This document shows, in pieces, positions 50,720 through 60,342 of a stretch of 64,000 nt of DNA. The stretch covers positions 1-64,000 of the forward strand of contig CAWJMB010000001.1 of NCBI GenBank assembly GCA_963843845.1. Reading direction: 5' to 3'. Under the pieces are notes generated by a model. It made no database searches. It had not been told where the DNA came from and saw nothing but the letters and a program-made list of their open reading frames with translations. This DNA is from an uncultured Gemmatimonadaceae bacterium (GTDB lineage: Bacteria; Gemmatimonadota; Gemmatimonadetes; Gemmatimonadales; Gemmatimonadaceae). Within the stretch, counting starts at the first letter, position 1, and the number at the start of each line of letters is the position of its first letter. A program made the translations under genes and the position numbers.

Positions 50720-51588
50720 CTGCGAGACAGGGTATGAGGCGCGGTGCTCGGCGCCCGATCGGTCGGATCGAGGGGGACGACCTGCGGCACGCCGGCGGCG
50801 CGTCCCCCGCCGGCGTACGGCGAGATGGCGACGGGCCACCGGTACACGCGCGACACCGTGTCGCCCGAGAGGACTTCGGCCGGCGTGCCGTCGGCGACGA
50901 CGTGTCCCTCGTGCAGCAGCACGAGGTGGTCGGCGAAGCGGGCGGCGAGGTCGAGATGGTGCGTGACCAGCAGCACGGTCGTGCCGCCGTCGGCGAGCGC
51001 GCGCATGAGGCCGAAGAAGCTCATCTCGTGCGCGAGATCGAGCGCCGCGGTCGGCTCGTCGAGGGCGAGCGCCGCGTCGGGGGCGGTGCGCTCGCCGTCG
51101 AGCATGATCTGGGCGAGCGCGCGGGCGAGCCGCGCGCGCTGCCGCTCGCCGCCGCTCAGCGTGCTCACCGCGCGGTCGGCGAACTCGGTCACCCCGCAGC
51201 GCGCCATCGCCGCGTCGACGGCCGCGACGTCCGCGCCGCGCGCGCGCTGCCACGGCCCGAGGTGCGGGTAGCGCCCCATGTCGACGAGCGCGCGCACGGT
51301 GAGCGGGAAGGTGAACTGCTCGCCCTGCGGCACGACGCCGACGGCGCGCGCGAGCTCCCCGCGCGACCACCCCTCGACGGGGCGCCCGCGCAGCGTGGCG
51401 ACGCCGGCGGCCGGACGCAGGGTGCCCAGCAGCAGCGACAGCAGCGTCGACTTCCCCGCGCCGTTCGGGCCGAGCAGCGCCGTGAGCTTGCCGGCCGGGA
51501 CGTCGAGCGACACGCCGTCGACCGCGGGGCGCGCGGCGCCATCGTGCCGGTAGCGAACGTCGCGCACGGCCCACGCGGCGGCGGTCAT
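50716..51588 (-). CDS. Cobalamin/iron-chelate ABC transporter ATP-binding protein (BtuD-like)
   Basis: GPNGAGKST, LSGGERQR and LDEPT motifs. Confidence 0.9.
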   Translation of the reverse strand: MTAAAWAVRDVRYRHDGAARPAVDGVSLDVPAGKLTALLGPNGAGKSTLLSLLLGTLRPAAGVATLRGRPVEGWSRGELARAVGVVPQGEQFTFPLTVRALVDMGRYPHLGPWQRARGADVAAVDAAMARCGVTEFADRAVSTLSGGERQRARLARALAQIMLDGERTAPDAALALDEPTAALDLAHEMSFFGLMRALADGGTTVLLVTHHLDLAARFADHLVLLHEGHVVADGTPAEVLSGDTVSRVYRWPVAISPYAGGGRAAGVPQVVPLDPTDRAPSTAPHTLSRR

Positions 51589-52611
51589 GCCGCGGCCGGG
51601 CGCCGCAGCAGCCAGACGAAGAACGGCACGCCGACGAACGCCGTGACGACGCCGATCGGCAGCTCGGTCGCGCCGGCCACGGTGCGCGGCGAGCGTGTCG
51701 GCGCCCACCAGGAACGCCGCGCCGAGCAGCGCGGCGCAGGGAATCAGCGCGCGGTTGTCGTTCCCCCAGAGCATGCGCACGACGTGCGGCACCACGAGCC
51801 CGACGAAGCCGATCGAGCCGCTGACCGAGACCGACGCCGCCGTGAGCAGCGTCGCCGTGCCGAAGGCGAGCCGCTTCGTCCGCTCGACCGACGTGCCGAG
51901 GTACGCCGCCGTCGGCTCGCCGATCGCGAGCAGGTTGAGCGGCCGGCCGAGCGCGAGCAGCACGACGAGCGCGGGAACGAGGCAGGCGCCGGACATCGCG
52001 ACGCTGCGCCAGGTGGCGCCCGCATGGCTCCCCATCATCCAGAAGATCGCCGAGCGCACCGCTTCGATGTCGGCGAAGGTGAGGATGAGCCAGATCACCG
52101 CGACGAGAAAGCTGCTGACGACGACGCCGGCGAGGAGCAGGACGCGCGTGTCGAGCGCGCGGCCGACGCCGAGCGCGATGCGCAGCACGAGCAGCATGGA
52201 GAGGATGGCGCCGGCGAACGCGAACGTCGGCAGCGCCCAGATCGTCGTCGCCGACAGCCCCGTCACGACGGCGATCACCGCGCCGACCGACGCGCCGCTC
52301 GAGATCCCGAGCACGTACGGCTCGGCGAGCGGGTTGCGCAGCAGCGCCTGGAAGGTCGCGCCGCTCACGGCGAGCGCGGCGCCGACGAGCGCCGCCTGCA
52401 GCGCCCGCGGCAGCCGCAGCTCGCGCACGATCGTCGCGTGCATCGGCGTGCCCCGGCCGGCGATCGCCCCGAGCACCTCGCCGGTCGAGAGGGGCACCGC
52501 GCCGAGTCGGATCGCGGCGACGAGGGTGACCGCGAGCACGACCGCGAGCGCCGCGAGTCGCACCCCGAGCGGCCAGCCGCCGGCGGGGGTCGACGAGGCA
52601 GGCTCCGTCAC
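51585..52611 (-). CDS. Cobalamin/iron-chelate ABC permease (BtuC/FecCD-like), frameshift near 51690
   Basis: LRLPR, RNPLAEP..LGISSGA, IGFVGLVVPH and ELPIG motifs. Confidence 0.9.
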
Positions 52612-53576
52612 CGACCGCGCGTCGAGTCGGCCGCGCGGGCCGCCGCGACCTCGGGATGGATCGCGTCGCGCAGCGCCCGCAGCGCATCCCCGATGTGGGC
52701 GCCCGGCCGGCTCAGCAGGTTCGCCGGCACCGCGACGACGCGCCCCTCGCGTGCCGCGCGCAGATCGCGCCACCCCGGCCGCCCGGCGAGCGTCGCCGCG
52801 GCACTCGCGCGGAACTCGCCGACCGGCAGCACGATGACGTCCGGCGCGCGGCGCACGATCTCCTCCATCGACACGTTCGGCCAGAGCGCCGTCTGGTCAT
52901 CGAACACCGAGCGGCCGCCGGCGAGGCCGATGAGCTGCCCGATGAACGTCGCCGGACCGGCCGTCATCGGCGGGTCGGGGAACACGACGTACAGCACGTT
53001 CGGCCGCGGCCGCCCTGCGACCGAGAGCCGCACGGAGTCGAACTGCGCGTGCAGCCGCGCGTCGAGCGCGGCGGCGGCCGAGTCGCGCGCCATCAGCCGG
53101 CCCAGGGTGCGCAGGCCGCGGAAGATGTCGGTCGTGTCCTCGGTGCGGAGCGAGAGGACGGGGATGCCGAGCGCGGTGAGCTTGTGCGCCGTCGCGCGGC
53201 GCTTGTCGTTCTCCCAGGCGAGCACGACGTCCGGCCTCAGCGCGACGATCGCCTCCACGCTCGGGTCGAGCCCGCCGCCGACCGACGGCACGTCCTTCAG
53301 TTCCGGCGCGACGTCGTAGCGCGTGCGGCCGACGAGACGGTCGGTCGCGCCCAACGCGATGATCGTCTCGGTGACGCTCGGGATGAGCGACACGATGCGC
53401 CGCGCCGGCCCGGCGAGCGCGACCGGGCGCCCGCCGTCGTCGGTGACGCGCACCGCGGTGTCGCGCGCCACGCTCGCGGCATCGTCCGCCGCGCGCGGCG
53501 CGCGCGGCGCGCGCGACTCCGCGGAACACGCGGCGGCGAACGCGATGACGAGCAGAGACGCGCAGGACCGAAACAC
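52608..53576 (-). CDS. Cobalamin-binding lipoprotein (BtuF-like)
   Basis: AAAC lipobox; RIVSL.PS.TE, E.IVAL.PD and LLSRPG motifs; AGGAGG RBS; first gene after the riboswitch. Confidence 0.9.
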   Translation of the reverse strand: MFRSCASLLVIAFAAACSAESRAPRAPRAADDAASVARDTAVRVTDDGGRPVALAGPARRIVSLIPSVTETIIALGATDRLVGRTRYDVAPELKDVPSVGGGLDPSVEAIVALRPDVVLAWENDKRRATAHKLTALGIPVLSLRTEDTTDIFRGLRTLGRLMARDSAAAALDARLHAQFDSVRLSVAGRPRPNVLYVVFPDPPMTAGPATFIGQLIGLAGGRSVFDDQTALWPNVSMEEIVRRAPDVIVLPVGEFRASAAATLAGRPGWRDLRAAREGRVVAVPANLLSRPGAHIGDALRALRDAIHPEVAAARAADSTRGR

Positions 53577-53717
53577 GAAACCCGTCCTCCTGATGGAGAG
53601 ACGGGTGCGGGAGCCGACGCTCGACGGGCACGCGGTCGCGACGTGAAGAGACAGAACGTCGCGCGTGCCGACCGGTCGTTCACCCCGCACCCCTCCCTCG
53701 AGGGGCCTGCTGTGCGG

Positions 53718-53892
53718 GCGCGACCGGGGCCGGTCTCCTGACTCGAGGCAGCGTCGCTCGCCTTCCCATCCCCGAGGAACAGTGGCGTGCCGAGCGGGCC
53801 GTGCGGTCGCACCTCGCGGTGCGCTCGCGCCTCTCACAGTGGCGGGGCCGTGCCGGACTCTCACCGGCTTCCTACAATGGCCCCGTTCGCGC
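53718..53892 (-). promoter_or_regulatory. Cobalamin riboswitch
   Basis: AGGAA-GCCGGTGAGAGTCCGGC-ACGGCCCCGCCACTGT...GCCACTG...GGGAAGG...GAGTCAGGAGACC (B12 box); closing stem GCGCGAACGGGGCC/GGCCCCGGTCGCGC. Confidence 0.95.
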
Positions 53893-53917
53893 GTTCAGTT
53901 GTGGGTCGTACTCTAAC

Positions 53918-54966
53918 TCACCGCTCGACTCGTGCAAGCGCGCCCGGTGCGAGCGCGTCGCCGAGCCGGCGGTCGGTCGTGAGATACCCGCGCACGTAGT
54001 CGGCGACGGCGTCGGCGAGCGGCGTGACCGGCGCGTCGTAGCCGGTCGCGCGCAGCTTCGCGATGTCGGCCTGCGTGTGATACTGGTACTTGTCGCGGAT
54101 CGACTCGGGCATGTCGATGAACTCGATCCGCGGCGGCGTGCCCGAGCGCCGCGAACAGCGCGCCCGGCGAGGTCGAGCCAGGTGCTCGCGACGCCGCTCC
54201 CGAGGTTGTACAGCCCGCTGCGCGCTCGGCGCCGCGGCGAGGTGCAGTGTCATGGCGACGGCGTCCTTCACGTAGAGGAAATCGCGCCTCTGCTCGCCGT
54301 CGCGCGTAGTCGGGGCGGTGGCTGCGGAAGAGCCGCACGCTGCCCGGTCTCGCGCACCTGCGCCGTACGCCTTGTGCACGAGCGACCGCATGTCGCCCTT
54401 GTGGTCCTCGTTCGGGCCGAAGACGTTGAAGTACTTGAGCCCGACGATCCGGTCGAGGAACCCGGCGCGCGCGGCGTAGAGGTCGAAGAGATGCTTCGAG
54501 TAGCCGTACATGTTCAGCGGCCGCAGCGCCGCGAGCTGCGCCGGCGACTCGTCGGTGTCGCTCATCCCGGCGCGCCGTCGCCGTACGTCGCGGCGGACGA
54601 GGCGTAGACGAAGCGGGCGCCGTTCGCGAGCGACCAGTGCGCGAGCCGCTTCGTGAACTCGTAGTTGTTGCGCATGAGGTAGGTCGCGTCCGCTCCGTGG
54701 TGGCCGAGCAGGCGCCGATGTGGAGGACGACAGTCGAAGCGGCCGAGCGCGCCCCGACTCGAGGCGCGGCAGCAGGTCGTCGGCCTCGAGGTAGTCCTCG
54801 AAGCGCAGCGGCGACGAGGTTGCGCCACTTCTCGTCGGTGCCGAGCCGGTCGCACGACGACGATGCGCTCGGCGCCGCGCGCGTTCAGCGCCCAGACGAG
54901 CGCGCTGCCGATGAAGCCGGCGCCGCCGGTGACGAGGATGCGGGAGTCGGAGAGGTCGCGGTGCAT
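53918..54966 (-). CDS. hldD: ADP-L-glycero-D-manno-heptose 6-epimerase, several frameshifts
   Basis: VTGGAGFIGS, YASSAATYG, PLNMYGYSK, YFNVFGPNE.HKG.M.S and YQY.TQAD motifs. Confidence 0.92.
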
Positions 54967-54976
54967 GCGGGGAAGC

Positions 54977-55300
54977 CTAACGCCTCGCGGCACGACGCGC
55001 GGTGCCGCCGCGTCGCGCTGCCGAGCCACGCGCCGCCTCTCCGCGTCCACGTCGTCGTACGCCGTCCCCTTCGTACGCGACGAGCACGACCTGCTCGCCG
55101 GCGCGGCGCGCGTCGTCGAACGGCTCCGTCGCCCGGCGGGACTCGACGACGCGGTCCTCGGTGCCGTGCGGGAGCCGCAGCGGCGTCGTCATCGTCTGCA
55201 CCGTCGCGATCGGCGAGTTGCGGCTCGCGGCCGACGAGCTGGATGCCGCGAGCGCGACGAGGGCGAGGCGCGCCAAGGGCCGCGGGGCGAGGACGCGGCA
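54977..55300 (-). pseudogene. Degenerate C-terminal fragment of an S9-type peptidase
   Basis: NSPIATVQTMTTPLRLPHGTEDRVV...ARRAGEQVVLVAYEGDG resembles the Asp/His region of S9 enzymes; His and N-terminus missing. Confidence 0.5.
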
Positions 55301-55398
55301 CATCGGGATCGTGTGCGGGCGTGGCGTGGCCAGTCCGGCCACGCCACACGTTCGGCCCGGCGACCGTTCGCGGAAGTTGGCGCGCGGCCCCGCGCCGC

Positions 55399-56379
55399 CT
55401 AACGCAGCCGCCGCCGCAGCTCGTGGGCGCGTGTCTCCGTCTGGTCGAGGGCGAGCGCCCGCTCCGCACTCGCGAGCGCCGCCGCGCGGTCGCCGGCGAG
55501 CTCGAGGCCGCGGGCGAGCGACGCGTGCGCCGCCGCGGAGCGCGGGGAGAGGTCGACGCCGGCGCGGAGAAGTGCCACGCCGTCGCCGACGCGCCCGCGG
55601 GCGAGCAGCGCCTGCGCGAGCTGGTCGAGCTCCCACGCCGCGCCGGCGATCGAGTCGGCCGGCTGCGCGCGCAGCGTGTGCGCGTACGCCACCATGTCCG
55701 TCGTGCCGTCGCGCTCGATGCGCGCGATCGTCGCGTCGTAGCGACGAACGCGGTCGAAGTCCGTCGTCCACCCCTGCACCTCGAGCGTCACGTCGACGGA
55801 GTCCGCCATCGTCGCGCTGCGGATCGCGTCGAACCAGTCGTTGTGCTTGCTCCCGCCGAGGATGCCGAAGTCCTTGCGCGCGAGGCGCAGCGCGCCTGTG
55901 AAGAAGACGATCGACGAGCCGTGCGGGTCGGCGACCGCGGGCGCCGGCTCGCGGAAGGGGATCGCGACCTCGCGCGTGACGCCGCGCATGGTGAGCGCGC
56001 CTGTCGCGACGAAGCCGTGCGCCGCCGGCGCGATCGCGCGGCTCTGGAAGACGATGTACGGGAACGTCGCGGCGTCGAAGAAGTCGGCGCTGCGCAGGTG
56101 CTCGTCGCGGCGCTTCGAGCCGGTGTTGATGCTCGCCGTCGCGATCGCGACCGTGATCGCGGACGCGGACGGCCTGCCCGGCGTGTACACGATCGTCCCT
56201 CGCACGTCGTCGAACCGCCCGCGCACGGGGTGACCGAGGAAGCCGATCGCGAAGCCGACCTGCGAGTGGCCGGCGTCGATGCGGTACTCGCGGAGCGAGG
56301 TGGCGACTTGCTGGGCGCCGACGTTCGACGCGACGAGGGAGAGCGCGAGACCGAGCGCGGGGGTGACGAGGCGACGCAT
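55399..56379 (-). CDS. YceI family lipid-binding protein with a C-terminal TPR-like extension
   Basis: ID..HSQVGF, RDEHLRSADFFDA and LTMRGVTR motifs; helical tail (AHASLARGL..AGD). Confidence 0.88.
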   Translation of the reverse strand: MRRLVTPALGLALSLVASNVGAQQVATSLREYRIDAGHSQVGFAIGFLGHPVRGRFDDVRGTIVYTPGRPSASAITVAIATASINTGSKRRDEHLRSADFFDAATFPYIVFQSRAIAPAAHGFVATGALTMRGVTREVAIPFREPAPAVADPHGSSIVFFTGALRLARKDFGILGGSKHNDWFDAIRSATMADSVDVTLEVQGWTTDFDRVRRYDATIARIERDGTTDMVAYAHTLRAQPADSIAGAAWELDQLAQALLARGRVGDGVALLRAGVDLSPRSAAAHASLARGLELAGDRAAALASAERALALDQTETRAHELRRRLR

Positions 56380-56403
56380 GGGAGGAGTGGCGGAGGGCGA
56401 GTG

Positions 56404-57600
56404 TCAGGCGGGCGAGTCGCTCACGAGCACGATCTGCCGGGCGCCGCGGCCGCCCGGGCCCTGTCGGGGCGTCGCGTCGAGCGACCGGACGCCGACGCCG
56501 TCGCTCTTGCGCACCCAGTAGTCGAGCGCGCGGCCCCGCGCGCGGACGACGAGTCGCCAGCAGTCGAACGTCCCCGCGGGCACCGTGACGCGCTCCTCAC
56601 CGACGACGCGGAGCGACGCGCGGTACGAGACGTCGCGCGACACGACGGCCCAGCCGACGATCGAGACGCTTCCCTCCCACCCGCGCGACGGCACGGCGGC
56701 GACGAGGGCGAGCGGGGCGAGCGCGTCGGTGATGTACGGCGCCGCGTCGTCGGGGAGCGATTGCGCGATCGGCCGGCGTACGACGTGCCCGTCGTTCGCT
56801 TCCGCCTGCATCCGCCCGGTCACGCCCTCGGCGGCGAAGCGCTGCTCGATGTCGATGTAGCGGTAGCGCAGATACGGCGAGACGCGCACGTGGCGCGCGA
56901 CGGGGCGCAGCTCCGCCCGCGTCACCCACAGCGATTCGGCCGCCGCTCGCTCGCCGTGGTCGCCGACGCCGCCGCCGCCGCCGGTCCGCGTGGTGACCCG
57001 CCACACCGGCGCCCCGTTCAGCCGCGCGGAGTCGATGCGCGTGACGGTGCGAGCGCCGTCGGCCGCCCGGCCGCGCGCGTCCGTCCAGCGCTCCGTGTAG
57101 GTCAACGTGCGCGGCCGCACGCGGTCCGCCGCGGAGAACCGCACCCCTGCCGGGATCTCTCCGGCCGGCGGCTCGGCCGCGTTCGCGACGCTCGCGAACC
57201 AGCTGTCGCTCACGAGCCAGTCGTCCGACTCGGCCGCGGGCTGCCTGACGGTGCGGTCGCGCGCCGTGAGGCCGGCCGCCGCCACCGCGAGCGCCGCCGC
57301 CACCGCCGCAGCGAGCCGGCCGTACGACCGTCGCGGCGGCGCAGGCATCGCGGGGTCCGGGAGGATCATCCGGTCGCCCCGCGCGCGCGCTGCGAGCACG
57401 CGCCCCAACACGTCCGCCGGCGCTTCGGAGGCGGGGATCCGGCGGGCCGCGTCGCGCAACGCCCGCCGGTCGTCGAGGAGCGCGCGGCACGCGCTGCAGG
57501 CGACGAGGTGCCGCGCGACGCGCGGCGTCACGCGGCGCGTGTCGACGAGTGCGTCCACCGTCGACGGGGAGAGGTGGCGCACGAACGGGAACGGAGACAT
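56404..57600 (-). CDS. Putative zinc-finger (ZAS) anti-sigma factor with a periplasmic domain
   Basis: HLVACSAC (HxxxCxxC), one TM helix, C-terminal VTVPAGTFDCW (DUF3108-like); directly after the ECF sigma gene. Confidence 0.75.
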   Translation of the reverse strand: MSPFPFVRHLSPSTVDALVDTRRVTPRVARHLVACSACRALLDDRRALRDAARRIPASEAPADVLGRVLAARARGDRMILPDPAMPAPPRRSYGRLAAAVAAALAVAAAGLTARDRTVRQPAAESDDWLVSDSWFASVANAAEPPAGEIPAGVRFSAADRVRPRTLTYTERWTDARGRAADGARTVTRIDSARLNGAPVWRVTTRTGGGGGVGDHGERAAAESLWVTRAELRPVARHVRVSPYLRYRYIDIEQRFAAEGVTGRMQAEANDGHVVRRPIAQSLPDDAAPYITDALAPLALVAAVPSRGWEGSVSIVGWAVVSRDVSYRASLRVVGEERVTVPAGTFDCWRLVVRARGRALDYWVRKSDGVGVRSLDATPRQGPGGRGARQIVLVSDSPA

Positions 57601-57608
57601 GACGGACC

Positions 57609-58160
57609 TCAGGCGACGGGGCGGAGCCGGGCGCGCAGCGCGGCGACGGCGCGGTGCAGCCGGACCTCGGACGCGCCGCGGGTGACACCGAGCAGCACGG
57701 CGATCTCGGCGTGCGTGTAGCCCTCGACCTCGCGCAGCACGAACACGACGCGCAGGGCGTCCGGCAGCGCGTCGATCGCGTCGCGGAGCGCGAGCGCGTT
57801 CACCGTGTCGAGCGGGCGCACGTGCGGCAGCGGCGGTGCCGGGGCGCCGGCGCCGGGGGGCTCGTCGATCGACAGCTCGCGCGCGCGCCGCTTCGTGCGC
57901 AGGCGGTTCAGCGCGACGCGGGCGGTGACACGGCGGAGCCACCCGTCGAGCGAGCCCCGCTCCTCGTAGCGCCGCAGCGCTTCGGGGAGCCCGAGGAAGA
58001 CGTCGTGCAACACGTCCTCGGCGTCCGACCGCGCGCCGACGAGTCGGTGCGCGAGCGCGAGCAGCGCGTCGGCGTGCCGCTCGTAGAGCGCGCCGAGCGC
58101 GTCGGGGTCGCCGGCGCGCGTACGGGCGATGAGGTCGGAGTCGTTCGCGATGGCTCGCAC
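57609..58160 (-). CDS. ECF RNA polymerase sigma factor
   Basis: DAEDVLHDVF, WL.RV..R and LP...R.VFVLREVEGYTHAEIA..LG motifs. Confidence 0.92.
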   Translation of the reverse strand: MRAIANDSDLIARTRAGDPDALGALYERHADALLALAHRLVGARSDAEDVLHDVFLGLPEALRRYEERGSLDGWLRRVTARVALNRLRTKRRARELSIDEPPGAGAPAPPLPHVRPLDTVNALALRDAIDALPDALRVVFVLREVEGYTHAEIAVLLGVTRGASEVRLHRAVAALRARLRPVA

Positions 58161-58272
58161 GGGCTGTGAATGGGGGCTGCGTTCCCAACACCGGCCGAGT
58201 CCGAAAGCTTACACCGCCGTTGACGGCGGCTCTGGCGGGAGCGACCGAGATGGCACTCACATTCACGGCGCC

Positions 58273-58599
58273 GTGCTGGTCGACGAGCTCGAGCACGAGA
58301 CGACGCCCCTCTTCATCCTCGCGCCGCTCGAGGTCGAGCCGCGGCACGGCTGCGAGCTGAGTCGGCTGCTGGAGCAGCGGTCGCGGGGCGTCGTGCGCGT
58401 CCACGCGGCGTCGCGCTCCCGCCTCCTCGTCCGCCTCGACGCCGACGGCCGGATCCGCGGGCGCTGGGTCGAGCAGCCCGGTCGTCGGCGGCGGCGCTAC
58501 TACTCGATCACGGCCGAGGGGAAGCGCGAGCTCCAGCCGCGGCGGCTCACGTGCGGGGCGCGAGCGCGGCCCCCCGTGCGCTCGCGAGCGCGGTGGTGA
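58273..58599 (+). pseudogene. Degenerate PadR family regulator
   Basis: PRHG.ELS.LLEQRSRG...GRWVE..GRRRRRYYSITAEG retained; SLYP helix and C-terminus decayed. Confidence 0.6.
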
Positions 58600-58710
58600 C
58601 CGCCTCCGAGAAGCGCGTCCACCGCGCGACCTCCGACCGCAGCCGCGTGCGGCCGGCCGGCGTGAGCGCGTCGGCGGTCGTCTCGCGGATCCAGCGGCCG
58701 ACCGGGTACT
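58547..58710 (-). pseudogene. Internally deleted PadR remnant
   Basis: Translates to GRWIRETTADAL|TPAGRTRLRSEVARWTRFSEAV, matching both ends of the intact PadR at 11912 without its central HTH and wing. Confidence 0.6.
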
Positions 58711-58719
58711 CTTGGGCGC

Positions 58720-60336
58720 ATGAGCGATTCGCCCGCCGGCGCCGCCCCGCGGGGCCGCGCCATCATGGTCCAGGGGACCTCGTCGCACGCCGGCAAGTCG
58801 ACGCTCGTCGCCGCGCTCTGCCGCCTGTTCGCGCGTGCCGGCTACCGCGTGGCGCCGTTCAAGGCGCAGAACATGTCGAACAACGCCGCGGTCACCGACG
58901 GCGGCGAGATCGGCCGCGCGCAGGCCGTGCAGGCGATGGCGGCCGGCGTCGACCCGACGGTCGACATGAACCCGGTGCTGCTCAAGCCGCAGAGCGACCG
59001 CACGTCGCAGGTCGTGGTGCTGGGAAGGCCGTGGGCGACGACCGGCGCGGTCGACTACTACGCACGGAAGGCGGAGCTGTGGCCGATCGTCACCGGCGCG
59101 CTCGACCGGCTGCGCGCGGCGCACGACGTCGTCGTGATCGAGGGCGCCGGGAGCCCGGCAGAGATCAACCTCGCGCAGTACGACATCGTGAACATGCGCG
59201 TCGCACGCCACGCGAACGCGCCCGTGCTGCTCGTCGGCGACATCGACCGCGGCGGCGTGTTCGCGGCGCTCTACGGCACGGTCGCGCTGCTCACCCCCGA
59301 CGAGCGCGCGCTCGTCCGGGGCTTCGTCATCAACAAGTTCCGCGGCGACCTCTCGCTGCTCACGCCGGGCTACGCGATGCTCGAGGCGCGCTGCGGCGTC
59401 CCGACGTTAGGCACCCTCCCCTATCTCGATCTCTCCGGACTGCCGGCCGAGGACGGCGTCGAGCTGGACGGGCGCGGCCGCATGGTGAGCGCGCGCCCGT
59501 CCGGCGCCGACACGGTGCTCGACGTCGCGATCCTGCGGCTGCCGCGCATCGCGAACGTCGACGAGTTCCAGCCGCTCGCGAACGAGCCGGGCGTGCAGGT
59601 GCGCTTCGTCCGCGACCCGCACGCGCTGGGCGATCCCGATCTCGTCATCGTCCCGGGCACGAAGTCGACGCGCGCCGACCTCGCGTGGCTGCGCGAGCGC
59701 GGGCTCGACGCCGCCGTGCGCGCGCGGCGCGACGCCGGCACCCCGGTCCTCGGCATCTGCGGCGGCTTCCAGATGCTCGGCGCGCGCGTCGCCGATCCGC
59801 TCGGAGCGGACGGCGCGGCCGGCGCGGACGACGGACTCGGGCTGTTGCCGATCGCGACGACGTTCTCGGCGGACAAGATCACGGAGCGCGTCCGCGTGCG
59901 CGTCGCCGCGCCGACCGCGCTGTTCTCGGCAGGCGACGATGTCGCGGAGGCGTACGAGATTCACATGGGACGCAGCGCTCCGCTCCCCGGAGCGATCCTC
60001 GGGGCCGCGCCGTTCACGATCGCGTCGCGAGACGGCGAGCGGGCGAGCGAGGGCGCGGCATCCCTGGACGGGCTGGTCGTCGGGACGTACCTGCACGGCC
60101 TGCTCGAGCATCGCGGCATCCGCCGCGCCCTCCTCGCCTCGCTCGCCACACGGGCCGGCGTCGCCCTGCCCCCGCCGGGCGACGAGCCGCTGCGGTCAGC
60201 AGCGCACGCATTCGACGCACTCGCCGACGCGGTCGAGGACCACCTCGACGTCGGCGCGATCTACGATCTCGTCGGACTCGCGCCGCCGTCGACCCGACCC
60301 GCGCCGAACGGCGACGGGCCGGGTGACGGTGCCTGA
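58720..60336 (+). CDS. cobQ: Cobyric acid synthase
   Basis: QGTSS.AGKS, PFKAQNMSNN, EGAGSPAEIN, GICGGFQMLG and GTYLHG motifs. Confidence 0.96.
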   Translation: MSDSPAGAAPRGRAIMVQGTSSHAGKSTLVAALCRLFARAGYRVAPFKAQNMSNNAAVTDGGEIGRAQAVQAMAAGVDPTVDMNPVLLKPQSDRTSQVVVLGRPWATTGAVDYYARKAELWPIVTGALDRLRAAHDVVVIEGAGSPAEINLAQYDIVNMRVARHANAPVLLVGDIDRGGVFAALYGTVALLTPDERALVRGFVINKFRGDLSLLTPGYAMLEARCGVPTLGTLPYLDLSGLPAEDGVELDGRGRMVSARPSGADTVLDVAILRLPRIANVDEFQPLANEPGVQVRFVRDPHALGDPDLVIVPGTKSTRADLAWLRERGLDAAVRARRDAGTPVLGICGGFQMLGARVADPLGADGAAGADDGLGLLPIATTFSADKITERVRVRVAAPTALFSAGDDVAEAYEIHMGRSAPLPGAILGAAPFTIASRDGERASEGAASLDGLVVGTYLHGLLEHRGIRRALLASLATRAGVALPPPGDEPLRSAAHAFDALADAVEDHLDVGAIYDLVGLAPPSTRPAPNGDGPGDGA

Positions 60337-60342
60337 CCGGCG

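Noticed and set aside
50716..52773. Apparent permease/ATPase fusion in the ORF track
   Set aside because: Artefact of the frameshift near 51690; the ATPase has its own ATG overlapping the permease stop.
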